Shown here one piece after another: positions 39,514 through 53,035 of a stretch of 64,000 nucleotides of DNA. Each line of letters begins with the position of its first letter. Within the stretch, counting starts at the first letter, position 1. A program made the translations under genes and the position numbers. The stretch lies in the NCBI RefSeq assembly GCF_041956535.1, contig NW_027192200.1, forward strand, positions 632,024 to 696,023, written 5' to 3'. Source of the stretch: Calcarisporiella thermophila CBS 279.70 (Eukaryota; Fungi; Calcarisporiellomycota). The notes beneath the pieces were generated by a model. It searched no databases and had not been told where the DNA came from. It saw only the letters and a program-made list of their open reading frames with translations.

Positions 39514-41713
39514 CTATACACCTCGTAATCTCTCAGGATCGCTTTGCTCAGCCATCCACTTTCGCTCAAATTCGTATTCATACTGCCGTACTATCATATC
39601 TAGATCTGCTTCCTCTATCCCTACGAGGTCAGCAGCAAAAGTTAGCACTGGTTCATAATCAGCGTGATAATCTCCAAAAACATCTCGAGATTGGTAGTGG
39701 ACAAATTTTGAAGCAGAGCGAATAATTTGCCCTTCCTTCATATTAAGTGGTGGGAGAGGGGGGATAGTGTCATTGAGACAAAAGTCTTTCAGTTTCGTAG
39801 TTTTTAAGGAGGCGTCAAAAGAATTAGGAAAATGGATCTGTTCAGAATCTGAATTCAAATTAGCATAATTAAACTAACGATCAATGTAAAAAGTTGTTCT
39901 GATACTTACCAGTGGCAATGCCATATTTTGCTTGTTCTTCGCGTAAATTTCTTCGGAATCTCTCAGTGAGTTCGTCACTATTCAATTGTGAGTGAATACT
40001 CATATTCCTAGATTATAATGTTTAGAAAAACCGATTCTAAAGCTGCTTTTAGCTCCAATCAATCTGTTTACCTTAGCTCTGTCGAAATATGACCTTTTCT
40101 CCATTTTACCACCTTTTTCTCCAATCCGCGTAACCACATTTTCTTTTCTAAGTAATTCCCAGAAATCGTCTCCCGCACATTATTGGATTGCGTGGGGGGA
40201 TCCGAGGACGGTACATCATATAGGATTTTCAATGCTACCAATGTCAATGCCATCAATTTCACACAGGGTGAAAATCTTAACTGTCGTAATTTCCAGCTAG
40301 TCTTATCCATATGCTCGGCCTTATAGTGTTGGATAGGAAGATGCGAAGTCTCGTCAAGATATGAGAATAACGAACTTGCACAAAGACTCACTTCCACTAA
40401 ATAAAGAGATGGTTAAATTGGTTGGCAAATAGGGTGATCATAGTGGCCTAAGAGTAGCTTACCTGGGAGGGATAATTCTCTGGTGCATCGCTGCAATATC
40501 CACTGAACTGGTACCTCTGGAAAAGAGGTGCCGTAGCATGCACGGTAGAAATAAACAAATTTGCCCACCCATTCATGAATTCGGTGACATGTCGGATAAG
40601 TTGAAGGTGAAAGAAAGTGGAGGTCGGAAGCCACCAAGAGATCACGGACTTCTCTGGGTATTAAATCAAAGCGTCCCTCAGATATATCACCATTAAGTTC
40701 GAGCCTATTTATAATTTTGGTGAGAATGCTAAAAAATAGTGAAAAGACATAGGCCATTCATTCACCAGTATATATCCGCTAGCAGGATGGGATAGTTAAG
40801 CCTCACGCAGCCGAGATAGATAAGAATTATAGTAAACATAATCCTAGGTCTTCCCTCTTTAGTCTCCCACCATTGCATTTTTCGTTTTTTGCGATAAACA
40901 CCGTCTTTCTCTTCTTCCAACCCTATAGCGTTCCCGGGACTTGCCTCCACCAATTCCTCTTTTTCCTGGATATCTTCCTCTGAGCTATAATCACCCAATT
41001 CATCATCAGATATAATTTTATCCTTCTCGTCTTCAAGCCTGTCGAACTGGGCTTCAAATGGATCTTCATAGATTTTGAAATCTTCTTCTACTTTTATAGT
41101 ACTAGGAGTATCATCTTCCCCAGTGCTTGAGGAGGATGTTTCTGAATCATATGTGCACTTTTTTCGTATGTCTACATATTGAAGCCAGAGTTCGTATACA
41201 ATTCTCTGTTTTAGAGAGTTTGTCAGTTCAAATATATCATTAAAAATAGGAACGAGATAAGCAAACTAACCTCTAAGGATGGTGGTAAATGGTACTTCTT
41301 GATAAGATGTTTAAGCTGATTTTGTAAAATTATCTGCAAACATTGCATCATTAAGGTTTCTGCTTCTTTGCCGAACAGATCTATATGTACGAATTAATTT
41401 TTTAGAGACAAATGCATAGGTATTCTCTAAATAGTTATAATTATATCAATTACAGGATCGAGAAGCCTTGTAAAGCGGTTTCTTTTTCAGTCGCTTTTTG
41501 CGTCTAACAGAGCCACCATAAGTATTTTCATTGAATTCGCTAACTGCAATTTCGTAATTCTTTGATAACAATGTGCATTAAAAACAATTAAGCAATGGAA
41601 TTATAGATAATTCTTACTTCGAGAGGATGACCAAATTCGCACACATAGTACCCTATTGCATCCTTTCTCCATTTTTTCGATTTACATATCGGGCATCGTG
41701 TTTTTATTCGCAT
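39514..41713 (-). CDS. RRN7: RNA polymerase I core factor subunit Rrn7/TAF1B (TFIIB-like), multi-exon
   Basis: N-terminal zinc ribbon CPICKSKKW....YYVCEFGH; QCLQIILQNQL..LI...LPPSLE|RIVYELW; YLGCVRLNYPILLADI; RELSLP; LMALTLVALKILY. Confidence 0.82.
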
Positions 41714-41858
41714 GTTAAGGATTAGTTGGGTAAAAGTGAGTGACTTTATTTCTTGATAATTAAAGTCGAAAAAAGAAGTCACGAATATAAACCATTTTGG
41801 CGGCAAGGTAAATAGCTATGAACTTATTTCATTTATATAAAGATAGAAAACTGGGAAC

Positions 41859-43593
41859 ATGCTGAGTAGAGGCGCTAATCTTACGTCAAAATGCACCGTA
41901 ACCAAATTAGCTTACGTGTACCAGTTCATCCCATCAACAAGAGCAATGGTTCTGTTTCCTCGGTCAGTTATCAAGGCATTTTCCAGCACGCTTGTTAACG
42001 GCGGCCCTCGTTCAAAAGATACCCGAAGGCATAATGGCAACCAAAATTCTAGGAGCGATATCCAGCATGATAAAACTAATATATCCTCAATAAAGCGGGT
42101 TCACTTCAAGGATCCTTTTCTACTCTCGGACAAAATTAACCAATTCATCAAAAGAGGTCAACTAGACGATGCAATCAATCTTGTGAAGAGCACAACTATA
42201 AGCTCACAGTCTGATGTGGTTTGGAACAAGCTTATACAAGAGTGCTCCAGGGCAAAACGAACTCGGCTAGCTTTCCGAGTTTATAACGAAGTGTGTATTT
42301 CCAATACAGCTACCATATTGAGATGTTTTTATCATGTTTGCCTATTCTTTATAGATGAAACGAAGGGGATTTAAGCCAACGGATCGAACCTACACGCTTT
42401 TACTAGAATCACTAGCCAACAATCCAACCTCTCCTGATACTGTTGAGCAAGCTACAGCACTCTACAACCAAATTAGTGACCCCGAGGATACGCCTCCTTC
42501 CATCATCCACACAAACGCTTATTTAAAAGTATTGTCGCGCGCAGGGAATCCCTCTGCTGTTTTGAGAATATACGACACTATGCCGAAGAAAGGGCCTCTT
42601 TCTCCCGACAATATTACTTTTCAAATAGTAATAGGCTCCCTTGCGCACAAGGGAGGTGACGAGGCATTTCACAGCGCAATGGCGGTATGGGAAGATCTTT
42701 TCAAAGCAGCAAGACGTGATGCCACGCTAATGACTTCGAACTCGAAGGGTGAAAGAAATATAATTCACCCATTACGTAAAGTTCAAATTGATGAGGGGCA
42801 TGTGACAGGAATGCTGATTGCTTGTAAGAATGCTGCAGACCCAAAAAATCGCAGGAAGGGGCTTGCTATTGTGCGCGATATGTATGGGATCGATCTTGAG
42901 CACACAGTATACACCGATGAGGAGGTCCAGGAGAAAAAGGGCAAATATGTGTCGCATTTGACTACCTTAACGCCCAAGGCCATGGACGTCATTATCTCTT
43001 TTGCCGCAAGTGTTGGCACTTTTACAATGGCGCTAAATGCTCTTCAAAATGCATGCGCTCGCTATACTGATTTTAACCCTGACGCACAGAATATTAACAA
43101 TCTATTAGCGAGAGGATGTTTTATGAAGAGAGAACGCCAGGCGCTTAAGTTACTCTGGTGGGCACTGGAGGAGAAGAATGTTGAACCTAATGCCGGAACT
43201 TTGCGTTTGGCGTTACATGCATGTACCAGAGATAGAGATTGGAAATGCGTGGTGCGGATATGTAAGGAAATGGGCCAAAGAGGAGTCTCGATGGACGTGG
43301 ATGGAGCATTATCCATTATTAAATGTGCTATCGATGACGACCGTAAGCTTGAGGCTATCTCTTTTATTGAGCAAGCTGGCGGGGTGGAGGGTTTGTTGAG
43401 AGCTGGAAAATGCACTTCTTCGCAGCGTCTTCAGTTTATCCAGAATTCAATCAAGATGTACAGCAAAGCGATGAAGCTAGGCGTTCACCCAACTCTTGGA
43501 GATCTATCATCTAGGCATGCTAAATTATTGGAGCTTATAAAAAAAACGAAAATCACCGAACAAACCTCTCAACATAAATATAATGAGCTGTGA
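41859..43593 (+). CDS. Mitochondrial pentatricopeptide-repeat (PPR) protein; intron 42291-42354
   Basis: Presequence-like N-terminus; VVWNKLIQE...AFRVYNE|MKRRGFKPTDRTYTLLL; HTNAYLKVLSRAG; PDNITFQIVI. Confidence 0.85.
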
Positions 43594-43845
43594 ATGTATA
43601 TTTCTATAATAATTAAAATACACTTGTCGTCTCTTTTATAAAAAGTGAGACGAAGAGAGAAAGGAAGAGGGAAAGGAAGAGAGAGAGAATAGAAAAAAAA
43701 AAACGGGGTTTAAAGATAATTGGAGCAAATAAAGGACCCTGTACAAATAGTGTTTAAAGAGATGCTAGAACAAAATAGAAAAAAAGATAAAAAAATTTGA
43801 ACAAAGCAAAAACTTAGATAAGAGAAATAGATTGTACATAACTCT

Positions 43846-45959
43846 TTAAGAAATGTCAATTAGATTCCCGTGCGGCAGATTACGACCTGAACTTTCCTCG
43901 ACAGCCGACAATTCATCAAATCTATCCCCGTCACTATAGTGTGTATTATATGGCGGGTGATCATGAAGTGTGATTCCACGCTCGTCTATGTCGTCTTCAT
44001 TGAATGTCCCTTGTAATGTATCCCAGTTGGATGAATCTTGGCGGGTGCGGTTTGGTGGGGTCTTTGTAAAGAGTGGCTTAAGATAATGATCATCAAAGGA
44101 TAAAAACCAATGACGTTTTTTCTGACCAAGGACACCGTTTTGTCCTTCTTCGCTTTGATGACTGGCACCGCTCTGACGCCTTCCATGCCCTTGCTCTTCA
44201 TCAAGCAACCTCTCTCTATCCTCGGGATCATTTTCTCCAGAATAGCGATAATCGTCGTCTGAATTATCCTCTTCTTGAACTCCTGTCGGGATTCCGAGGA
44301 TGACAAGCATTCGACTAACGGTTCCTCCGAACACAATTACTGTGAGAACCACGACTATTAAACACACTGACGATTGCCCGCCTTTCAGACCTGTTGTGAG
44401 TGCAAAAGCTACCGCGCCACGTAGTCCTGACCAGAAAAGCATTATCACATGCGCTCGTGGAAGGATTTCTGGTCCACGGAGAGAACGGGAGATTAGATTG
44501 AGGAGTTTGGCAAGTGGAAAGACTGCACAGTATCGTGCGATGCAGACAAACACCTGGAATAAAGGGGAAAAAAAGTATATAAAAAGTCAGCATTGAGTTT
44601 CTGGAGAACATCTCTTATATCTATACTTACAAAGGTGAATATGCTAAAAAGTGGTTTAAAATCGAGATCAGATTGGGTGAAGAGCGTGAGACCAAGATAT
44701 ATAAAAACGAAGTTTTCAGCCATCTGGGCAAGTATCTGGAAGGTATATTCGATAGTACGTCTTGTGCGTAAAGACATATTTTCGGTTGCGTAGTGCTTGA
44801 GAGTAATACCGCAGAAGAGTAGTGAAACAATTCCTAAAGAGGATGAGAGATCAGTCGATCCATTACTTTGGGGCAGTACAAAATAAAGAAGCTTACCCGA
44901 AAGCTTACATCCATTAGAGAATAAATATGAGCTATATGATATTAAGCTGATGATACATGATTCGATAGAGGGAAATTCGTGTAAACGCGTGTATTTGAGC
45001 ATCAGAGCAACTGCCATACCAAATCTATTGTAATACATCGAATAAAGTTAAATAATGAAATTGAATATGGGTTAGTAATACTCACAATAATCCTATTGCT
45101 AGAGACCCCATGAACACCCATAAAAATGTCCCGATACCAAGCATGATATTTGTAAAGTGGAGAGCATGGCCTCGGAACGCGTTAAAAGTCCTGTAAGAAA
45201 AAACGATAAATTCATACTTAAAATCGCGACCTGATCCATTTGATATTTACTCTGATAATACGATAGCAACTGCGTCGTTTAAAATACTCTCGCCGAAAAT
45301 TATCGCGTACAGGTTTGCATCGACCTTGAGCTGTGAAAATATGGCCAGTACAGTCACGGGATCCGTGGCCGAGAGCGTTGATCCGAATATCATGGAGTCC
45401 AGGAGGGTCAACTTCATATTCTCGAGATTTGTAAGCGAGAGTATAAATGCAAGAAGACTGTAAGCACAATAAGAAGTTAATTCAAAAACAAACTTATGGC
45501 GATGAACTCTTTTAATTACCCGATAACTATTGCGGATATAAAGGTTCCAACAAATGCAAAAGTGAGGATAGCACCGAGATTGCGAAAAAACGTTTCCTAA
45601 AGGAATTCACATGAAATTTCAGATTATAGCCTTGAGAAGCACAAACGGCAACTTACTCTTTTAAGCTCATATCCGCTGTTGAGAATGATAGGGGGTAACA
45701 ATAAGTTAAAGAAATACGCGTGCTTGAATGTTACCATATTCTGAATAATAGATCCCGGAGTCACACGTAATAGCATACCAACGAACATGCCTGCAAAAAT
45801 GGAGATGACTGTTTCGTGAACAGCGCGAACTTTTTTCAATTGTAACCAATAGCTAGTGAACAGTGCGACAGAAAGCAGAGAGGTCAGGATTAAAAGTGCC
45901 CAACTTGAATAGATCTCCTCTTCATTAGGAGGCGGTGAATTTCCATCATTATCCGGCAT
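43846..45959 (-). CDS. NHX1: Endosomal Na+(K+)/H+ antiporter Nhx1 (CPA1), multi-exon; start codon tentative
   Basis: [105 protein letters not shown]. Confidence 0.95.
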
Positions 45960-46984
45960 TCTCTTGAAAAAATACAAAGGGCTAATGAGCTAGAGGTATA
46001 ATAAAGAATAAAATAGTTATTTGTAGAAGAATAAAAATATTCAAGAGAATATAAATTGGAGGCGGCAAATTGGAGGAATAATTATGGCAAAATACATAGA
46101 AAAAAAAGAATCCCAGAGTAGAGGAACCGCCAATTTTATTTCATATCTTGGCAGTTCGTGTTGCGTTTGAAAAGCCACACTTATGCCAGTGCGCAGCGGA
46201 ATCTGCAGTCACATAGGATATCGTCCAAATAGCCCAAATGCATTTTGCGGTAAATTGTTGATGCATGTGAGAAGCAGCTCTATCTCTCTCTCTGATATAT
46301 CAGAGCACCCGGACCCAGGTGTATAATTATGAAGCAAAGTACTTTTTTTTTCACCATTAAGTCTTCCGTCTCCACCTAACTGCATTTGGGCAAAAAGTTA
46401 TGCATTCTATCTTGAAGGGCGTCGCTTGGATCCTACCACAGTATCCGCAAGATTGTTTTCAATTATTCATAGGGCGATATTTGAAACTATTGAGTTATAT
46501 TCAAATATATTGTAAATAGCATGGATTGTGTTAATGACGACTGGATTTTAGTGCATACGCTTAGTACAGTAGGCTTGAGGTCATTACAAGATGGCTTTAG
46601 AGATTAAATAATAAACTCTGAGATTAATTAGCAGATTCAAACTCCTAAAATACAATTGGTGTTTTGAACTTTTAGTTTTAAATGTATAAGAGGCAAGAAC
46701 ACAATGTAAAAATAGCCTCGCCTCTAGCAAAGAAGGCGGACGATTTCTACGTAACAAGAGGTGCGTATTAGCTTATTCTATAGTATTTTTTTAAAGAAAT
46801 ATATTTAATTTAGTGAAGGCAGCATTTTATTATGATGCTGTGTATGAAATATGTCTAATGTTGTGTATGAAAAATTTAATCAAAAATATGATTCGATATA
46901 TTTTTGATGTGATACAGAGTATTTCAGAGTTTTCGTTGAGGGTATTTCTCTATTCCTTGCCAACAACAAATACAATCGAGTATT

Positions 46985-47947
46985 ATGAGTACTGGACAAC
47001 ACGCGGAATCGACGAATGCCTGGCGTCTTAGGTAGGCTTGAAGATTCTATTAATAACTAAGGAGTAGAGCTCGATCAAATTTTCTTTTAAGCATGCCGGA
47101 TCCTGCCAATTATGGCGGTAGATCATCTACAGAACATGTCAATGCATGGACCGCCGATCCTGCGCCTGCGCCAGAATATCCACTAGAGGAAACCGCTGCA
47201 TCAAATACCGTTCCTGCTGTTAATGCGACTCCTACTGTCTCCTCACAACCCGCCACTGCCACTGCTGTTGAAGTGCCTACTCATTCTGGGCCTAAACCAG
47301 CTAATGATGATGAATATCGCTATGATCCTGTAGTGCCACAGAACTCAAAGTTAGCTCAGTCATGGAGGCGACCAAATAGGTGGCGTTTCGTACTGCGCGT
47401 AGTAGCTCTTATTGCCAGTGTTGGTGCCTTTGGTTTTATCTTGGGAGCAACTCCAGTATGCACCTTTTTGTCTGTTACCTTGGGGGGGATCTCAAAGCCT
47501 TACTCTAATTTTCTTTTTAAAAAAGTATTCTAAAAGATCCATCCCTTTCAACAATCCTGCTATGGTTTACTTCAGCTATTTTGTTGGAGCTTTCTCGATA
47601 CTAGTTTCCCTCGCATTCATCGTACATTCGGCGGCTAGGTCAGCCTCTCGTGTCAATAAGATTCCACGATTTGGTCAAATAGGTATAGATACGCTGATGA
47701 CTCTACTATGGGTTATTGTCGCAATTGTGCAGCTAGCTAAGTTCCCATGTCCAATTGGAGGACATAACGGATGGTAAGCACAGAATGCCCTCTGGAACCG
47801 TATACAAACCCAGGTTCTAATACTCTACTGACTAGGTGCGATTTCTACAATACGTCCATCTTTTTCTCGCTCCTCTGCATGGTGATCTTTGCCGTCATGC
47901 TTGGTTGGGATATCATCGGCAGCGTTATCTTAGCCGGCAAAAAATGA
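46985..47947 (+). CDS. Four-TM membrane protein (MARVEL/CASP-like) with Pro/Ala/Thr-rich N-terminus, 4 exons
   Basis: RFVLRVVALIASVGAF..., four hydrophobic segments, IDTLMTLLWV, CPIGGHNGW|CDFYNTSIFFS. Confidence 0.7.
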
Positions 47948-48598
47948 TCTGGGTGCCAAAACCGATATACTTGCAACATTCGAGTTGTTTTGCATTTCTT
48001 TAATAGCTCTTTGAAACTTAATTTACCACCAATTCTTTACTACATCCTTATATCCTCATTAGTTAGGGTTTACTCCCTCCCCTCCCCTAATGTTTCATTC
48101 GATTTCCATTGACATATCATCTGGTCCAGCTTCCTTAAATAGGCTCAGAATCAGAGTCGAGTTTGAATAGATTTGTCATGATCTAAAAATAGAGTTCAAA
48201 GTGACGTATTTTGCAAAATGATGAGCGAGTCGGCGAAGAGCAAATCCTCACTCTTTCTCTCAGCTTCTCCAGTTTCGAGTGGATTCTTGAAGCTAAGGAA
48301 ATCTTTCATTTATTTGCCCTCTTTTTTTCGGCAAGCTATTTTCTTATTTTTTGTCTTATTTTCTATATCACCTTTCCATTGAAAATTTCTTTTTTCTTGA
48401 TATTAACTATCTAATTATTTATTCGATTGTTCATACATAATCGCCCATTAATAATCCTCTCTTTCTATTTGTTCTCGATTTTAATTCTTAAATCTAAACT
48501 GATTATATATAGAGAGGATCATTTCATCTTATCGACACCGACATTAATATATACTTTCATCATCACATCTTGACCACTTCTTATTGCTCATCGGAATA

Positions 48599-50657
48599 AT
48601 GAGTATAGCTTTCGATTCTCCTCCCGCTACCCTCTCCGATTCCTCCTCCTACTTTTCACAAAAGCGTGTAGCGACATCTGGGAATCAGCTCAGCAATTAC
48701 GAGGGATTGTCAGGATTTACTACGCCCCATGAATCTTCTGCAACTACACCGCTGCTCAACAATGATCTGTCGATGCCCCAACCTCCGCCAATTCAAAATC
48801 TGCATATTCACAAGCCCACTTTTCAATTTACACGACGCCCCTCCGCTCCAAATCCATTCAACTCTAACTCAAAAATCATGCCTGCAGCATCAAGAAGAAA
48901 TGGCGGCCCCGGCGTTTGTGGAGTGGTTGGATTGGAGCCAAAGCCAATAGTAGCTGCTCCTCCAGAGCTTCGCAATTTCAATTCTGATGAAGTTGCAAAA
49001 TTAGTCACATCAACGACGCCCAACACTGTGCTCTTGCTAGATTTGCGCTCATATATTCACTACTCCGCATCGCACATCCAACATGCTATCAATTTATGTG
49101 TGCCGAACACATTTCTCAAGCGGGGCAGCTTTAATTTGGAGCGGATTCGTGCGCTCTTGACCGGAGATTCCGAGAAGGAAATGCTGGGACGGTGGTCAAG
49201 TTACGCCAACATCGTGCTCTATGATGCCTCCTCGACTGATGTGGCTGATTGTCCAGCCATCTGCTATCTAGCAACCAAGTTTCTGCAGGAGAGCTCCAAT
49301 GTTACGGTTGGGTGGATAAACGGTAAGAAGGCCATACTTTGCCCATGCTCTTCTATAGACCGAATTAACTAAGCAACATGTTCTTCTTGATTGACTAGGC
49401 GGCTTCGAAGCCTTCAAACACAGCCACAAAAATCTAATTGTGAACAACCCCATGCCTTTGTCAAACAAATCCACTCCCTCTCTCACCGGAACTAGCGACA
49501 GTTGTAAGCTCCGCGATGGCCCCACTTTTCTCAGTATTGCCTCCGGCCCATTCACAGTGGCTTCCACTGAGGCCCTGGACAACCCGATGTTTGGCCTCAT
49601 ACGCCAAGACATTGAGCTTCGTGCAGGGACCCCCGAGCCGATCGGGGTGCGGTATCCGCCCAATTTTCGCTTCGAATCGCATCCACCGCTTCCCGGCTGG
49701 CTTACGGAGTGTATTCGGCCAGACGGGGGTAAGGAGAAACTCGCTTCTATGTTCGGCCAGCTGGAGCGCATGGAACAGAAGCGGCTAACGGACATTTTCA
49801 AGCACTATGCCCGGCACCCTACGACCGAGCATCCATTGAGCATCTGTGCCGCGATGGAAAAGGGGCAGCGCAACCGATACAACAATGTTTGGCCCTTTGA
49901 ATACACCCGTGTAAAAATCCAGGAGATGGAACACGACGCTGGTGGATGCGACTATATTAATGCAAGCTATATTAGCAGTGAGCGCAGTGGCACTCGGTAC
50001 ATTGCAACCCAGGGGCCCTTACCCGAGACCTCTTCCGACTTCTGGAAAATCATCTGGCAGCAGGATTCGCCCGTCATAGTGATGATCACACGCGAGCGCG
50101 AGATCAACAGCGTGAAATGTCATAAATATTGGCCGGACGAGAAAGCACCCTTATTGGAATTCGGGCACCTCTCCGTGGAGTGGACTGGCGAGCAGCGCCA
50201 TCGCGTCCAGGGAGTCGATAAGGAGGAGGGTGAGATTACCGAGCGAAAGTTCAAACTGAAGCACCAGAAAACTGGCGAAGTGCGAACCGTCAGCCAGCTA
50301 CAGTACGTCGGATGGACCGACTCCTGTGCGCCCGATACCCCCCTTGGAGTGTTGAAGCTAGTTGAGATGACCCGCAAGCGAATGCCTGCGAGTCGGGGAC
50401 CTCCGACCGTCCATTGCTCGGCGGGAGTGGGTCGGACAGGTGCCTTCTGTGCGATAGACTCTTGCCTGAAGGTGTTTCGCGATGAGCGGAGTCGGGGCGT
50501 GAAGAACGCGGACCTCGGTATGAGGAAGGATGTGCTCTTGGAGTCGATCGAGCAATTCCGTGAGCAGCGGATGAGCATGTGTCAGAACTTGAGGCAGTTT
50601 GTGTTTTGCTACGAAGCGGTGCTGTGGTGGTTGTGGGATGGCGACAATGCAGTATAA
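48599..50657 (+). CDS. Rhodanese-domain classical protein tyrosine phosphatase (Pyp1/Ptp2/3-like MAPK phosphatase), 2 exons
   Basis: LLDLRS...SHIQHAINLCVPNTFLKR...WIN|GGF rhodanese domain; RNRYNNVWP, DYINASYI, YIATQGPL, DFWKIIW, KCHKYWP, VHCSAGVGRTG, REQRMSMCQ..QF. Confidence 0.93.
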
Positions 50658-51218
50658 CATTTTTGTAGTGTGTGTAGTTTTTTTTTTCCCTTTCTCTTGT
50701 AAATGTTTATTATGATTTTCTTTTTCAACTTCCCTGTGAAATTAATGGAATATTTTTCTGATTCTTCTTCCTTCCATCTTCTTTACTTCTACTTCTTCTT
50801 CTTTTATATCGTTTCTATCATTGTTTGTAAATTTCTGCCTTTCTTCTTGAAATCCCACTAGAAATATATAAATACACGTATACATTTTAAGCAAGCCAGA
50901 CGAGCATTTGACGAGAATTTCAAGTAAAACTTTGGCTGATTTGGATGAGCCAACAACTGTGATCCATCTGGGCTTCTCGATCCACACTCAAATCTGTACT
51001 CGAGTCGATTTGTCCTTTTTTCGCACCGTGATCAACTCTGGCCAGGTTGCATGTTTTTTTTCCATCTACACTAAGCTTAAAAAGACAAGTTAGGCCAACG
51101 ACCAAAAAAAGCAAACAGATACGATGCGAAAGGAAGTTTCTCTCCCCTTCCACTGTCATCACTAGTATTCCAGCTCTCACACCTTCGATTAACTACTGCT
51201 ATATTTATTCTGCTCCTA

Positions 51219-52047
51219 ATGCCCCACAAAAAGTACCCATTTGTATTGACGTCTTGATCCGCGTGGCCATGATGCTAAAATATCTGATTTCATGATTGGA
51301 TAGATATCGGTTAGAGGTGGTGCAACAGCCTATGCGCGGGAGGATGTGCGGTTTTGGAGAGAAGGATCGGCGGCCCATTGATCCGCCGCCCGTGGTCCAG
51401 CTCAAATTGATGCGAGAGGACGGAGGCTTTGTGCCCAAGTAAGTGGATTAGCATGAGATCATTTGGACGGACAAATTAGAGTGATTGCATTTGTTTGCCG
51501 TGATTCTTGGTGGCGGCACTGTAGTGATTCCATCGACACCTCCAACTTTGTTCTTCACGCTGGCCTGTGGTCTCCATCCTACCAGCACGAGCGTAATTTC
51601 GTGGTCAATCCTGCGGCTGTGCCGGTCCCAGCCTCTCCTCTTCATCCAAAGGGTCCCACGGCGTCAGTTCTCTCCCTCCATTCGCCTAGCTGTACCCGGA
51701 ATCTGATGGGATCCACCTCTGTATCATCGCATCTGCTACTCAATCCCGCCGGAGAGCTGGGCTTATACTTTGTGTTTCAGGATCTTAGCGTGCGCACCGA
51801 GGGCGAGTTTCGGCTCAAGTTCAGCCTTGTGGACCTGGCACCGTGGAAACTGCGCACCGATCCGTGCCGCATAGAGGCTGAGGTGTTTTCGGATGTTTTT
51901 ACTGTGTACAGCGCAAAGAAGTTTCCGGGGATGACGGACTCGACGGAGCTGTCCAAGTGCTTTGCAAGGCAAGGGCTTAAGCTCGCCATTCGGGAGGGAA
52001 AGCGGTACAAGCGGCCAGTCGACGACTTCTACGAGAAGGGGCAGTGA
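51219..52047 (+). CDS. Velvet-domain transcription regulator (compact, VosA/VelB/VelC-like), 3 exons
   Basis: MPHK|[34 protein letters not shown]...RNLMGST...[21 protein letters not shown]...[35 protein letters not shown]. Confidence 0.93.
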
Positions 52048-52724
52048 CACCAGGGTGGACGGCTGTCCCTACCTACCGAATCACTCCTCTACTCTCATTA
52101 TTTTTCTCTTTTGCTACGGACGATTTCACTGTCTCTATTTTAATATTTCATAGATGATTTCCCTCCCTTTTCTTAATTCCACTACCATCTGTATATATAA
52201 AGTCAATTATTGGATGTCTTTTCTTTTAAGTATGGAATACTCCATATCATTGTAGTTTGTATTAATCGTTTTTTTTATAAAGTTATTGAAGAATCGTTCC
52301 TAGAGCGACGAGTCGAAGTAGCTATTGGGGGGCACAAGAGAGGGGGCTGTTGGGCAACGTTGGAGAAGGGAGCTATCACGAAGCGCGGCAGAAGGGCGAG
52401 ATAGGCGGGGAGATATGTAGGAAAGCAAAGAAGAGCTCAGAGGACAAAAGGGGAACAGCTAGTCTTCAATTAATGGAATACAAATTAACATGCCCCCTAG
52501 AGTTTTGGCCGCCAATCGTCGGAGGGAATGACGCCCAAGAAAGGGCATGATTGCCTGAAATTTTCGACGATTTTTGGCGTTTGCATATGGCGTCTCCTTA
52601 AATTTTTGATTTTTGATATAAATGCAAATTGCACATCTTGGATAAGTTGCTACTCTGCTTCTCCTGCTTTCCCAGCATCTCTGCCCTGTTTCCAACAAGC
52701 GCTCCGTCGATATAAACTCTCGAA

Positions 52725-53035
52725 ATGGCCTTCACCCTTACTGATATCTGCAAGATTGCCTGCGGTAAGTCACCTATCCCTCCGCTCTACTCGCGCTAGT
52801 TCTCATAGACGCTTGCATTCGCAACAGCAATCGTTCTTCCTCCCCTTGGAGTCTTCCTTGAACGCGGTTGCACCGCTGATCTTGCCATTAACATCCTTTT
52901 GACCATTCTGGGTTACATTCCCGGTATTGTGCATGCCTTGTATATCATATTCAAGGTGAGCCTTTTTTTCCTGCCTGCTTCTTGTTAGACCGAATAATTG
53001 ACTAACATCGCATTTTTTATCATCCACAGTATTGA
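52725..53035 (+). CDS. PMP3: Plasma membrane proteolipid Pmp3 (UPF0057), 3 exons
   Basis: MAFTLTDICKIAC|AIVLPPLGVFLERGCTADLAINILLTILGYIPGIVHALYIIFK|Y*; missed by the ORF track. Confidence 0.93.

Noticed and set aside
43846-45959. NHX1 introns checked for U12 signals, since this family carries minor introns in animals and plants
   Set aside because: All are GT-AG with U2-type donors; none has GTATCCTT or TCCTTAAC.
46290-46305. Perfect 16-bp palindrome CTCTGATATATCAGAG with GATA cores upstream of NHX1
   Set aside because: A single occurrence next to a CT microsatellite; cannot support a regulatory call.
50313-50321. WTD in place of the WPD loop in the tyrosine phosphatase
   Set aside because: The catalytic Asp, CX5R and Q-loop are intact; not evidence of a pseudophosphatase.
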